A stretch of 55,817 bases of DNA, from contig NW_021833843.1 of the NCBI RefSeq assembly GCF_006345805.1, positions 1 to 55,817 of the forward strand. The letters are read 5' to 3'. Positions 11,306-23,749 of the stretch are shown in pieces. The notes beneath the pieces are model-generated. The model was given only the letters and a program-made list of their open reading frames with translations. It was not told the origin of the DNA and ran no database searches. A program made the position numbers and the translations under genes. Within the stretch, counting starts at the first letter, position 1. The number at the start of each line of letters is the position of its first letter. The stretch is from Octopus sinensis. Lineage: Eukaryota.

Positions 11306-12206
11306 ATATATATATATCGATGGAAAGTTAAACTCACTCACAAGCATAAGACTTAATTATATATATTGACCTATCGGCATATATGCGATGTGTGTAACCG
11401 AATCGGCATCACCGAAATTTGCTGGCTGTACCGCTGTGCCTCCCCTATGGGTTATAGAGTCAATTACCCTTTTTAAGATCCCAAAGTATTTTGGCGATGC
11501 TATTAAGAGAATGACATTGTGATCTTCGGAGCTATTGGCTTGAACTAAAGCTTAGAGTGATACTGTATAATGTAATGGCTTGCCTCAAAGGAGTGAACAC
11601 CTCTTCCGCTGTGTTAAGGTGATTCAGATGCTACATGATAGGCTATAAAGAGGAAAGAAAAATTTATGACAACCACACTGTGTATGTTTAGGTCTTCAAG
11701 CTGTACTGTAATAATATTTTTGGCAAGAGACACGTTTGGTTACAAGATGCTCGTGAGACATAGAAATTGTATTTGGTCATGACAAGTGATTGTAATTAGC
11801 GAGAGATATTGGGTCTAATGGCCTGTCTATCTTTTTATTTCTGGTTAAGTATGTTATAATTGAAAAAGAAAAAACATTAACGAGTATATTGTAAATGTTG
11901 TTGCAGTGAGTAAAGCTGGAGTGATTAGAGTCGGAAACGATTGGTTAAGCAGATTTTGGAAAATGTGGATTTGAGAACTGTCTGTATATATCCCACAATG
12001 CTTTAGCTCTGTAAGTGTGTGTAGCAACAACTACGAGCGTTGACTAGTATCAATCATTAACAATTACTAGTAAATTTCGTATAAAGGGTGACAGTAGCGA
12101 GATCGACATTAAATGGACAGAATGTGACAGAGGCATAAAGATAGTCCGGACAGTCTTTAAGTGGCACATAAGTCACTTAGACAACACCTACTGAAAAGTA
12201 ATGAGA

Positions 12207-12700
12207 GAGTTCTGAGTTTAAATTACCCCGAGGTCGACTTTGCCTTTCATCCTTTCAGGGTCGATAAATTAAGCACCAGTTACGCACTGGGGTCGATGTA
12301 ATCAACTTAATCCATTTGTCTGTCCTTATTCGTCCCCTCTGTGTTTAGCCCCTTGTGGGTAGTAAAGAAATAGGTATTTCGTTTGCCGTTACGTTCTGAG
12401 TTCAAATTCCGCCGAGGTCGACTTTGCCTTTCATCCTTTCGGGGTCGATAAATTAAGCACCAGTTACGCACTGGGGTCGATGTAATCGACTTCATCATTT
12501 GTCTGTCCTTGTTTGTCCCCTCTATGTTTAGCCCCTTGTGGGTAGTAAAGAAATATATACGCTCTGAGTTCAAATTACGCCGAGGTCGACTTTAACTTTC
12601 ATTCTTTCGGGGTCGATAAATTAAATACCAGTTTCGTACTGGGGTTGATCTAATTGACTGCCCACCTCTCCCAAAATTTAGGGCCTTGTGCCTAGAGCAG
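12207..12700 (+). mobile_element. Three tandem 5'-truncated SINE-like repeats (family S2)
   Basis: Three copies of CTGAGTT.AAATT.C.CCGAGGTCGACTTT..CTTTCAT.CTTTC.GGGTCGATAAATTAA..ACCAGTT starting near 12207, 12393 and 12561. Confidence 0.75.
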
Positions 12701-12989
12701 AATAAGATATTAACAATTACCAGTAACTTGCGTATAAAGGGTGACAATGACGAGATCGATATTAAATGGATGTATACTGACAGAGGCTTACAGTTAGTCT
12801 GGACAGCCTGTAGGTGTCGCATCGGGTAAGTAAAGAAAGAAATGAGTACATCAGGTAGGTACTCAACAGGGAATGAAGGTAATGATATCATGAGATGAAG
12901 TAAAGAACACCTAAATAGATGTTCTTAGTGTGCTGTTATTCCATTTGAACGAAATTAGTGGAAAGATTTGGAATGAAAGAGTAACTCAC

Positions 12990-13291
12990 CGATGTCTGAA
13001 CACAGAAAGACTTTCTCCTTCTGTTGTCAAGTTACCAGAATCAACTGGTTCGTTATGAAACAGTGGAACTCCAGTCACTGGGTCATCTTCACTGTCGGAT
13101 TCTTCATCAATTGCATCAAGTACCTCTGAATCATCTTTATCATTTGCTAGTGGTGCACTCTCTTGTTCTTCCCCTCCTTCACGTGTCACTGGCAGTCCTG
13201 TAGCCCCCAACGGTCCTTGAGTCGACTGCTGTCCTTCAGTCACCCAAAGACCAGCAACGAAAAGAAATAAGAAAAGGACGAAACTCTTCAT
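12990..13291 (-). CDS. First coding exon of a putative secreted prepro-protein (signal peptide plus acidic spacer); the rest of the gene is uncertain
   Basis: ACAGCC-ATG. MKSFVLFLFLFVAGLWVTEG is a classic signal peptide, followed by a D/E-rich region ending FRHR at a consensus donor CG|GTGAGT (12989, phase 2). Not repeat-like. Confidence 0.7.
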
Positions 13292-13527
13292 GGCTGTTAT
13301 ATTTCTTTTCTCTTCAGTGTTCCTCTCGCTTCTCGACACACGAACCGCTTCTAATATCAGAAGGAATAGGTTTGATTAACACAGAATGTTTAAGTGTTGG
13401 ATTCGTCTTGTCTTTTGATCGTTCCTGCAACCCAAAGTAGTCTTCAGCAGCGAAAGCGGGAGTAACAGCACTAGAATCTTGTCAGAAGATCGGCCTGGCT
13501 CTCTCACATTTCCACAAAGACTGTCGC

Positions 13528-13592
13528 ATTTATAAGAAACCATCACAATTCTCGGCTGCATTTTGATTGGACGAAAACAACTGTTGATGTCA
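13528..13592 (-). promoter_or_regulatory. Candidate core promoter: TATAAAT (13534-13528), CCAAT (13570-13566), CRE/AP-1-like TGACATCA (13592-13585)
   Basis: Motifs occur in the expected order and spacing on the same strand ~240 bp upstream of the ATG. Confidence 0.5.
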
Positions 13593-13866
13593 TCATAAGT
13601 ATGGGTGGGTGCGTTCTATTTGAAAAAGCTTAAATACATACATGCATACATATATACATATATTATATATATATACATATATACATATATATATATGAAC
13701 CTACCTCACGACAGGAGACACGGATGCGGGCAGCAGCATCGAACTCCCTTGTTGATCAAGTGCCACGTATCAGAGGTGGATTCAAAAACTAGTGTAGCTC
13801 ATTCAGCGGTGGTGCCCCAGCATGGCCGCGGCCTTCGGGCTAAAACATTTTTTAAGGATTTTAAGG

Positions 13867-13930
<64 letters not shown>

Positions 13931-14012
13931 CGTATATATACATATATATATACATATATATATATATACATATACATTATATATATTTTCTTACATATAT
14001 ATACATATATAC

Positions 14013-14043
<31 letters not shown>

Positions 14044-14158
14044 CATATATACATATATAATATATATATATATATACATATATATACATATATACATATA
14101 TATACATATATATATATATAGATATATACATATATAATATATATATATATACTTTTTT

Positions 14159-15304
14159 CGGTTAATATAGGGCGTTACGATTATCAGAAAATCAAAAAAA
14201 AATGTGTGTAATAGGTGTAAAACAACTTCCTATGAACGAATAGGAAAAAAGAAATTCGCGCACGCGAAAGAAGCCTCGGAAAATTCACATTCATGTGCAC
14301 AGTTAAACACACTTACATACAAACAGTCACGCATGCATAATACAGAACGGAACACATAAATGAAGGATGCATTACTTAGTATATATTACATCTAGAGAAT
14401 TTTGATTAATAAGTCAAATATGCAAATTATAAAGATAATTAATTGCTTTACTAAACAGTGTTGTAAAGGTGAAAAAATAAATTTGGGAAAAAAATACACG
14501 CCAAAACTAATTAATAAAGGATAATTAGGGAAGGATTGACACAAAATAATTATTTTTTCTGTCTCTTTTTTTCTGATAAATGCATCTTAATAAGTGAGAA
14601 GAATTGCATATATCTGAACTATTTCAAAGAAAAGCATAAATTTAATGTTTAAAATAGCTTTAACCAAGGAATGAGATCCAACATTTCTTCACTTTTTCCA
14701 GAATTTCTTCTCTTTATTATTTTTTTTTTTTGCGAAATATGTACAAAAATACGGAGTTTATGATTCATGTGTGAGTGTGTGTTCTTGATACTCGTTTAGA
14801 ACAAGTAGTTTTACACCAATTACACTATTTTTTCTTAGTTTAAAGGCCGTGGACTGAAGATGTGAAATTTCTGAAGCCTCTCCCCCACCCCCTTTCGCGA
14901 ACGCGAATTTTTTTCATCATAGTCGTTTAGAGCAAGTTGTTTTACACCTATTACGCTGTTTTTATTTTTGTTTTTGTGCCCGGTTCAGACGCTTTCGGAA
15001 ATTCCCGATATAAATTTTCCGAAGCCTCTCCCCCACCCCTCTTTCGCGAGTGCGAATTTTTTTTTCATATTCGTTTAGAGCAAGTTGTTTTACACATATT
15101 ACACTATTTTTTTTTGTTTTGGTGCCCGGGTCAGCCCCTCAGACGCTTTCGGAACTTCCTGATGTGAATTTTCCGAGGCCTCTCCCCCACCCCCTTTCGC
15201 GTGCGCGAATTTTTTTTTTCATATTCGTTCATAGGAAGTTGTTTTACACCTATTACACACATTTTTTTTTGATTTTCTGATAATCGTAACGCCCTATATT
15301 AACC
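14159..15304. mobile_element. Non-autonomous foldback/MITE-like DNA element with ~110-bp TIRs and ~130-150-bp subterminal tandem repeats
   Basis: GGTTAATATAGGGCGTTACGATTATCAG.. (14160) is the reverse complement of ..CTGATAATCGTAACGCCCTATATTAACC (15304). About 3-4 related repeats lie at 14790-15260. Confidence 0.75.
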
Positions 15305-15497
15305 CTTTTTTCATATACAAACATGTATATATACACACAAACACATACGAATCAGTACATGGATGCATGCTTGTATGCATTAGCGAGTTTCTGTGTTTGT
15401 GCCTGTGCACGTGGATGCACATGTGACATTCTCTTAGATTCAGATGCTAATGATTCCATCGCCGTAACGATTCGATAACAAAGATTCTTTAGAAAGA

Positions 15498-15965
15498 TGT
15501 GTGTGTGTGTGTGTGTGTGTGTTTTGTGTGTGTTTATTTATATGTAGATGGTCACTGAAAGGAATACGTCGTATACACCCAAAACATGTATGTATGTATG
15601 CATGTGTGTATATATATGTTTGTATGTATGTGTGTATGTGTGCATGTGTGTGTATGTATGTATCTATGTGTGTATGTATGTTTGTATGTATGTATGTGTG
15701 TGTATGTATGTATGTGTGTGTATGTATGTTTGTATGTATGCATGTATGTATGTGTGTGTATGTATATATGAATGTATGTTTGTATGTATGTATGTGTGTG
15801 TATCTATGTATGTGTGTATGTATGTGTGTATGTATGTATGTGTGTATGTATGTATGTATGTATGTATGTATGTATGTATGTATGTATGTATGTATGTATG
15901 TATGTATGTGTGTGTATGTATGCATGCATGCATATATTTATGTATATATGTATGTATGTGTGTAT
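15498..15965. repeat. (TG)n/(TATG)n compound microsatellite
   Basis: Read directly from the sequence. Confidence 0.95.
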
Positions 15966-15990
15966 ATTTTTGAGTGTGAATGTGTCTTTG

Positions 15991-16647
15991 TATTGGGTTG
16001 TCCGGAAAGTTCGTGCCGATTTATAGTAGCTTACCTTTCGACTTATTTTAGAACATGGTTGTGTCCATGGTTGTGTCCATAAAAGCGGGTCTTCACCCTA
16101 AAAAACTCTTGCTTTGTGACTGGTGGTATTGGAAAGGAATTCTGTACTATGAGCTTCTCCCAAGTAACCAGACAATTAATTCTGAGAAATACTTCACACA
16201 ACTAGATGAGTTAGAAGCAGCAATTCAAGAGAAACGTCCAGAATTGGCCAACAGGAAGGGTGTTGTTTTCCAAATTGATAATGCAAGACCGCATGTTTCT
16301 TTGAGAACCAGACAAAAATTGCTGCAGCTCGGCTGTGATGTGTTACCCCTCCCTCCATATTCACCAGATATTGATCCTTCAGATTTCTACTTATTCAGGT
16401 ATCTGCAGAATGGTAAAAATTTCAATTCCTTGGATGACGTAAAAAGATACCTTGATGAATTCTTTGCCATGAAACCACCTCAATTGTGGGAAAAGGGTAT
16501 TTTCAAGTTAAAGGAAAGATGGAGACGCATTGTGCAACAAAATGGTTGATATTTGGTTGATTAAAAATGTAACGGCAAGTATTTATTGACCTTGATGAAT
16601 TCTTTGCCATGAAACCACCTCACTTCTGGGAAAAGGGTATTTTCAAG
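15991..16647 (+). mobile_element. Internally deleted mariner (DD34D-type) element; C-terminal transposase fragment 16055-16549
   Basis: TA-TTGGGTTGTCCGGAAAGTTC TIR-like start. CDWWYWKGILYYELLP..TINS..Y, FQIDNARPH, LPPYSPDIDPSDFYLF, WEKGIFKLKERW. Confidence 0.9.
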
Positions 16648-16800
16648 AAGTCCAGCAGTCATCTATGCACACCAGTCCCTCTTCTCCATGCTGCCGATGT
16701 TTTTCAAGGGAAAGGCAAAGGTCGACACAGCTTCGAAGTGGTGTTGGCTCAAATCAATTCTGCAGTTGAATGAACCGAAGCAACGTGAAATAAAGTATTT

Positions 16801-17115
16801 TTGTATTTCGGAATGATCATTTTGCCAGTTTAGCCAATAAAAACACACGCACTATATATTTGGTGTTACTTTGCTTCAGTGTTATTTATTTTTTACATTA
16901 ATCTTAATCTTATTTCGGCCAGAATTCTTTCGTCACACTCCTGTGACCGCATCAGTGGTCCTTTGCTTTTTTCTTTCTTATTTGTGTGTCTCTCCTTACT
17001 AACCGTTATTAAGATTAATGTAAAAAATAAATATCACTGAAGCAAAGTAACTCCAAATATATAGTGCGTGTGTTTTTATTGGCTAAACTGGCAAAATGAC
17101 CATTCCGAAATACAA
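16801..17115. repeat. 108-bp inverted repeat (16801-16908 / 17008-17115) whose spacer holds a decayed HHR-like motif
   Basis: Arms are reverse complements with a few mismatches. Spacer on the - strand: CCA-CTGATGCG-GTCAC-AGGAGT-GTGAC-GAAA-GAATTC-TGG. Confidence 0.75.
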
Positions 17116-17180
17116 CAATATCTGTTTCAACACACAATTTCACATAAAAAATCTTGCACAACAAATAAATAAACGTACAC

Positions 17181-17580
17181 AGGCGCAGGAGTGGCTGCGT
17201 GGTAAGTAGCTTGTTTACCAACCACATGGTTCCGGGTTCAGTCCCACTGCGTGGCACCTTGGGCAAGTGACTTCTACTATAGCCTCGGGCCGACCAAAGC
17301 CTTGTGAGTGGATTTGGTAGACGGAAACTGAAAGAAGCCCGTCGTATATATGTATATATATATATATGTATGTGTGTGTATGTTTGTGTGTCTGTGTTTG
17401 TCCCCCACCATCAAGCGACAACCGATGCTGGTGTGTTTACGTTTACGTAACTTTGCGCTCCGGCAAAAGAGACCGACAGAATAAGTATTAGGCTTACTAA
17501 GAATAAATCCTAGGGTCGCTTTGCTCGTCTAAAGGCGGTGCTCAAGCATGGCCGCAATCAAATGACTGAAACAAGTACAG
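17181..17580 (+). mobile_element. tRNA-derived SINE (family S1)
   Basis: Homologous to 4523-4940, B-box GGTTCAGTCCC. Confidence 0.85.
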
Positions 17581-18180
17581 GAATATATATATATGTCGCG
17601 TTTGTCCCTCCTCTCTCTCTCTCCTCTCTCTCTCTCTCTTCCGTTGCTTCTCTTTCTTTTCTTTTCTCTCTTCTCTGTCACGTGACTGCTGGCCGAAATC
17701 TGCCTTTCAGCTTCTGACCAGCGTCGTGTTAACATCGTTGTTTTTCGTCCGCCGCTATAGGCATCGCCGATAAGGCTCCTTTCCTTGCGCCAGAGAAAAA
17801 AATTTGTTTGCTTGTTATCAGTCGTAAGACACTTGTTGTTTTCACCGTTAATGCTTCTGTATTTCATGTTTCTGTATTCCATTATTTTTTTGTTTTTTTA
17901 TATTCGTCCCTTTTGCTGTCCTGGTGTCCGTATGCATTCGATCCTTCTTCCAGGAAATCTACGCTCCCAGCTTAGTTTTTCTAATGCTCGTTGCTTAGTT
18001 TTTCTTGGAGGGCTGGCCGTGATCTAGTAATCTCAAGATTAATCAGCCGAAATTACTACGATGATCCGGTTCTTGACTGAAGACTGAGGGTTTCGAATGT
18101 CCTGTCCGTGTTTATTGTATCGTCTTCTAAGAGTTATACGTTCTTGTCCATGTTGTATTTTTCTACATACCTTAATATAT

Positions 18181-18253
<73 letters not shown>

Positions 18254-18284
18254 ATATATAATATATACATACATACATATATAT

Positions 18285-18503
18285 GTTGTAGAGCTGAAAA
18301 AGAGGTAATTTCTACTCTTCTCCTCTGGAAGCCATCTGCTTGCGATACCAGATGGCACACACTCTCCTACCCTGATGTAATCTCCAGGGATACTGGCATC
18401 CAGCAACAGGATCTCCGTAATGCTATGATGGACCGTGAAGTCCGACGTAACATAGTAAATTCCACTGTCTCGACCACGGTCGAACAAAGATGATGATGAT
18501 GAT
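18285..18503 (+). mobile_element. RTE-clade LINE 3' end with a (GAT)n tail
   Basis: Translates LLWKPS..TLSYPDVISRDTG..QDLRNAMMDREV.R.IV, followed by (GAT)n. Confidence 0.6.
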
Positions 18504-18508
18504 GATAT

Positions 18509-18547
<39 letters not shown>

Positions 18548-18556
18548 ATGTATATG

Positions 18557-18588
<32 letters not shown>

Positions 18589-19057
18589 TACAGCAATAAG
18601 AAAATGGAGAGGATCAAGAGTTGGTATTCATCAACTTTTAGACATTATATTATGACTATTTATTTTTTAAAAAAGACAATTATAGCTTTATGCATACATG
18701 TATAACATATTATGCTGTACATATATAATATGTCAAATATAGAATATAAAAATACCAGTAATTATTAAAATATATAACGTAGAGCATAGAAAGTAAAATA
18801 GTATCATACGGCTGTTTCAGCCAAGAGGCCATAGTGCCCCACTCATCTTTTATCCCTCCAGTGAACTGAAGTATTTGGTAGATAAGAATAAGGTACTTGG
18901 GTGTGTCTCTGGGCTTCGTCAGAGAGTTTAGAAAGTTCATAAGATTAAGTTATAAATATAAATACATACATACACACTTTTACATATACATACATACATA
19001 TAACTATATATAAACACATATACATATATTTAAATGTATATGCATACAAAGGAATCA

Positions 19058-19090
<33 letters not shown>

Positions 19091-19571
19091 GAGTGAGAGA
19101 GCAGTTCATGCCATCAAAGTGACGCTGGGGTAAAATATACGAAGCCCAATATACCCATCATAACTACCCGTCTGATAAAGGTACACCAGGCACATGCATC
19201 ACAACCATATTTGCGCGACATGGTGATCTCATATCAAGATAAACAGCACATGACCTTGCAGGTGGGGCCCAGTTAGAATTTTCTTCAGGTTGAGTAGCCC
19301 ATCCCGCTCAAACGGTCCCTGAATAAGGGTTGTTTAAGGATATTGAAAGAACCACCCATGTCTCCAGAGGTGAACTATTCAAACCCCAAAGAATCCCTCT
19401 CAACACATGGCTATGATGCTCTCCCACTACTTCTGCTCGTGATCAGAGATGCACATATCGTCAGCCACTAAGGGACATGCTCAACTGGTTAAGGTCAAAC
19501 AACTGACAAGCAAATCTGTGGTATTGAGCAGAATATTTGCTGTAGCCCATCTTTTATACCAAGACAGAACA

Positions 19572-19572
<1 letters not shown>
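19091..19572 (-). mobile_element. AAT-associated non-coding repeat (family D), 5'-truncated
   Basis: Flanked by (ATT)n on both sides. Homologous to 24489-24970 (-), 46411-46964 (+) and 50469-50573 (+). Confidence 0.75.
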
Positions 19573-19629
<57 letters not shown>

Positions 19630-19844
19630 TATTATTATTATTATTATTATTAGGTGTATTATATCATAATATTCTTATTAGATAAAGTATAAAGAGAGGT
19701 AGGAGAAAGTTATTAAAAGAAAAATAATAGTGCAATTTTAAAAATCAATGTGTCTTAAGATTATTGTAGTTATGTAGGAATAAAAATATATATACATGGG
19801 GAATATATATATGTATATACACACACACATATATATATGCATAT

Positions 19845-19875
<31 letters not shown>

Positions 19876-19876
<1 letters not shown>

Positions 19877-22349
19877 TATATAAAAGGGCTTAGTAAAATA
19901 AATTACTTTGCCACATACTGAACTCATTAGAAATAGTAGCTAAAAAAACTTTTTTAAAACTATTTCTAATACTTAAAGAAAATCTCTCTCATATAGTGTT
20001 TGCTCAATTCAACTCACGAAAGTATGGGGGTAAAGACATTAAAAAATCAAATGCAAAGGTTATTTGAGAACGTACGTTTCAAGATTAGTCAACTCGACAT
20101 TTCTATCATCAGCTCAGAACTCCTTGGTTTGGATTTGAAAACACTGAAAGTGGGAGCATACCCTTTCGGCTTCTTATCGCTTCTGAAGATCTGCTCGAAA
20201 CTAACAGTGCCAGCAAACCCAAAATATGCAAGCGAAGAATTTCTGCTCTCCCCTTTCCACCAGCGTGGGTTAAAATCAGTAAACACTATGCTTTTTCGGT
20301 AAAATCCGAAGCATTAAATAGAGAGAGATGAATTATAATTTCAACAATTGAGGGTAAAATTAATTAATTATTAATCAATTTCACCAAGTATTCAGTATGT
20401 AAAGGGACCATTTAAGGCGAATTCAAATTATTACATTATATAAAAGGGCTTAGTAAAATAAATTACTTTGCCACATACTGAACTCATTAGAAATAGTAGC
20501 TAAAAATACTTTTTTAAAACTATTTCTAATACTTAAAGAAAATCTCTCTCATATAGTGTTTGCTCAATTCAACTCACGAAAGTATGGGGGTAAAGACATT
20601 AAAAAATCAAATGCAAAGGTTATTTGAGAACGTACGTTTCAAGATTAGTCAACTCGACATTTCTATCATCAGCTCAGAACTCCTTGGTTTGGATTTGAAA
20701 ACACTGAAAGTGGGAGCATACCCTTTCGGCTTCTTATCGCTTCTGAAGATCTGCTCGAAACTAACAGTGCCAGCAAACCCAAAATATGCAAGCGAAGAAT
20801 TTCTGCTCTCCCCTTTCCACCAGCGTGGGTTAAAATCAGTAAACACTATGCTTTTTCGGTAAAATCCGAAGCATTAAATAGAGAGAGATGAATTATAATT
20901 TCAACAATTGAGGGTAAAATTAATTAATTATTAATCAATTTCACCAAGTATTCAGTATGTAAAGGGACCATTTAAGGCGAATTCAAATTATTACATTATA
21001 TAAAAGGGCTTAGTAAAATAAATTACTTTGCCACATACTGAACTCATTAGAAATAGTAGCTAAAAATATTTTTTTAAAACTATTTCTAATACTTAAAGAA
21101 AATCTCTCTCATATAGTGTTTGCTCAATTCAACTCACGAAAGTATGGGGGTAAAGACATTAAAAAATCAAATGCAAAGGTTATTTGAGAACGTACGTTTC
21201 AAGATTAGTCAACTCGACATTTCTATCATCAGCTCAGAACTCCTTGGTTTGGATTTGAAAACACTGAAAGTGGGAGCATACCCTTTCGGCTTCTTATCGC
21301 TTCTGAAGATCTGCTCGAAACTAACAGTGCCAGCAAACCCAAAATATGCAAGCGAAGAATTTCTGCTCTCCCCTTTCCACCAGCGTGGGTTAAAATCAGT
21401 AAACACTATGCTTTTTCGGTAAAATCCGAAGCATTAAATAGAGAGAGATGAATTATAATTTCAACAATTGAGGGTAAAATTAATTAATTATTAATCAATT
21501 TCACCAAGTATTCAGTATGTAAAGGGACCATTTAAGGCGAATTCAAATTATTACATTATATAAAAGGGCTTAGTAAAATAAATTACTTTGCCACATACTG
21601 AACTCATTAGAAATAGTAGCTAAAAATACTTTTTTAAAACTATTTCTAATACTTAAGAAAATCTCTCTCATATAGTGTTTGCTCAATTCAACTCACGAAA
21701 GTATGGGGGTAAAGACATTAAAAAATCAAATGCAAAGGTTATTTGAGAACGTACGTTTCAAGATTAGTCAACTCGACATTTCTATCATCAGCTCAGAACT
21801 CCTTGGTTTGGATTTGAAAACACTGAAAGTGGGAGCATACCCTTTCGGCTTCTTATCGCTTCTGAAGATCTGCTCGAAACTAACAGTGCCAGCAAACCCA
21901 AAATATGCAAGCGAAGAATTTCTGCTCTCCCCTTTCCACCAGCGTGGGTTAAAATCAGTAAACACTATGCTTTTTCGGTAAAATCCGAAGCATTAAATAG
22001 AGAGAGATGAATTATAATTTCAACAATTGAGGGTAAAATTAATTAATTATTAATCAATTTCACCAAGTATTCAGTATGTAAAGGGACCATTTAAGGCGAA
22101 TTCAAATTATTACATTATATAAAAGGGCTTAGTAAAATAAATTACTTTGCCACATACTGAACTCATTAGAAATAGTAGCTAAAAAAACTTTTTTAAAACT
22201 ATTTCTAATACTTAAAGAAAATCTCTCTCATATAGTGTTTGCTCAATTCAACTCACGAAAGTATGGGGGTAAAGACATTAAAAAATCAAATGCAAAGGTT
22301 ATTTGAGAACGTACGTTTCAAGATTAGTCAACTCGACATTCTATCATTA
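19876..22349 (-). repeat. 560-bp tandem array 1 (4 full units plus a partial), each full unit with a hammerhead motif
   Basis: Units start at 19876, 20436, 20996, 21556 and 22115, near-identical. Confidence 0.95.
20065..20116 (-). ncRNA. Minimal type I hammerhead ribozyme motif; identical copies at 20625-20676, 21185-21236, 21744-21795, 25490-25541, 26049-26100 and 26607-26658
   Basis: - strand: TGAG-CTGATGA-TAGAAATGTCGAGTTGACTAATCTT-GAAA-CGTACG-TT-CTCA. Intact core, palindromic helix III ACGTACGT, GUU triplet, predicted cut between 20069 and 20068. Confidence 0.8.
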
Positions 22350-22861
22350 GCGTTTGTGTGTATGTGAGAATGCTGTCTCTGATGCAGATATAACTGCATA
22401 AAATTAGATGCACCACACCTATCGATACAAATGCTTATATGCGCGTGATTAATCTGTGTGATTAGTCACGGCACACAACAAATTCACACACACACAAATG
22501 ACTACAAACGTACACGTATATAATCACTCGTATCTGCATATAAAGAAATTTATATATTGTTAATTATATTCACAGGTATAAACAAACGTGCATTTAATTA
22601 GTGAAGAAACAAAATGAATTTCAATTGAAGGTAAATATAGATTGAGAAAGGGAAGCTGAAGGACAGGTTTGACATGGGTGCAGAACTCAATATTACGTGA
22701 GTGATAATAAAAATTCTAGATGGACTTCTTTATTTTGATAATGGGAAGGTAATTTTCAGCGCACCTGGTCACCTCATATAAATTTTGAATACAAATAATC
22801 AAATTTACATATTTCTCCATCTAAATTGACATACACACATATATACATATACCTTATCCAC

Positions 22862-23689
22862 ATCAGTTTTCCTTCCTTCTTAAGTAGATATTTTTGCAGT
22901 CCCATGGTGGTTATTTTATAGTAGTTTTCCAGCTGTATAAGGCCTCTAACACCATCAATACGTTGTATATACAACCTTTCTATGTCAGATTTTGGGTGAT
23001 GCATCCTAGATCCTGTCATTATTTTTCTTGTTTTCCTATCTATTTTGGTCAATTCATTTAGTGTCCAGTTAAGGATATTGTAGCTGTAACTTATAACTGG
23101 GACAGCTAAAGTGTTGATACCTATTATCTTGTTTTTAGCATTGAGCTCTGTTTTCAGTATTGATCTAACTCGTCTATAATATTCTTTTTTTTATTTTCTC
23201 TTTCATTTGTGTGTGTTGTGTCTTATCTAGTTCATGGATTCCTAAGTATTTGTAAGTTTGGCTTTGGTCTAATTCTTTTATTTCATTGGTTTTATCTAGT
23301 GTGATGTTGCTACTCTTAACTAGTTTTCCTCTTTTCATGGTTACTTTGGCGCATTTTTGTAATCCAAATTTCATATCTATTTCTTTGGTAAATCCATGAA
23401 CTGTCTTTAATAGTGTTTCCAGCTGTTTGTCATTTGCAGCGTATAGTTTTAGGTCATCCATATATAAAAGGTGGCTGATCGTTTTGCCGTAACATTTATA
23501 TCTGCATCCAGTTCTATTTAGCATATCAGATAGAGGCTTTGGTCTTCATGAGTCCCTCTTTTGTTTGGAGTTGTAGCACTGTTTGCCATTTATTCATAGA
23601 GTGCCCTATGAATTTTATAATTGTGGTGCTACTTTGTTAATGGCTAGTGTTTCGAGGATCCATGTGTGGGAGATGCTATCAAACGCCTT
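22862..23689 (-). mobile_element. R4/Dong-like family A RT fragment (truncated at both ends, ~80-bp deletion over the QGD motif); duplicate at 27720-28546
   Basis: KAFDSI.., HLLYMDDLKLYA, YKYLGI, RMHHPKSDIERLY. Matches 35400-36300. Confidence 0.9.
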
Positions 23690-23749
23690 ATTATTGTCAT
23701 TATTATTATTATTAATATTATTTTATTATTATTATTATTATTATTATTA

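Noticed and set aside
11350-11545. ~64-codon open frame on the - strand (..ILLIASPKYFGILKRV..)
   Set aside because: No start, splice or homology support.
18075-18110. CTGAAGA..GTTTCGAA motif in a possible PLE pLTR (17690-18170)
   Set aside because: No consistent stems on either strand.
20179-20215. Second HHR-like string on the + strand of the unit (CTGAAGA-TCTGCTC-GAAA-CTAACAGTG)
   Set aside because: Stem II and stem I do not pair and the triplet would be GUG.
20000-20302. Repeated 100-aa (+) and 65-aa (-) ORFs in the 560-bp unit
   Set aside because: No recognisable domain, non-ATG start for the + ORF, and their recurrence simply reflects the tandem repeat.
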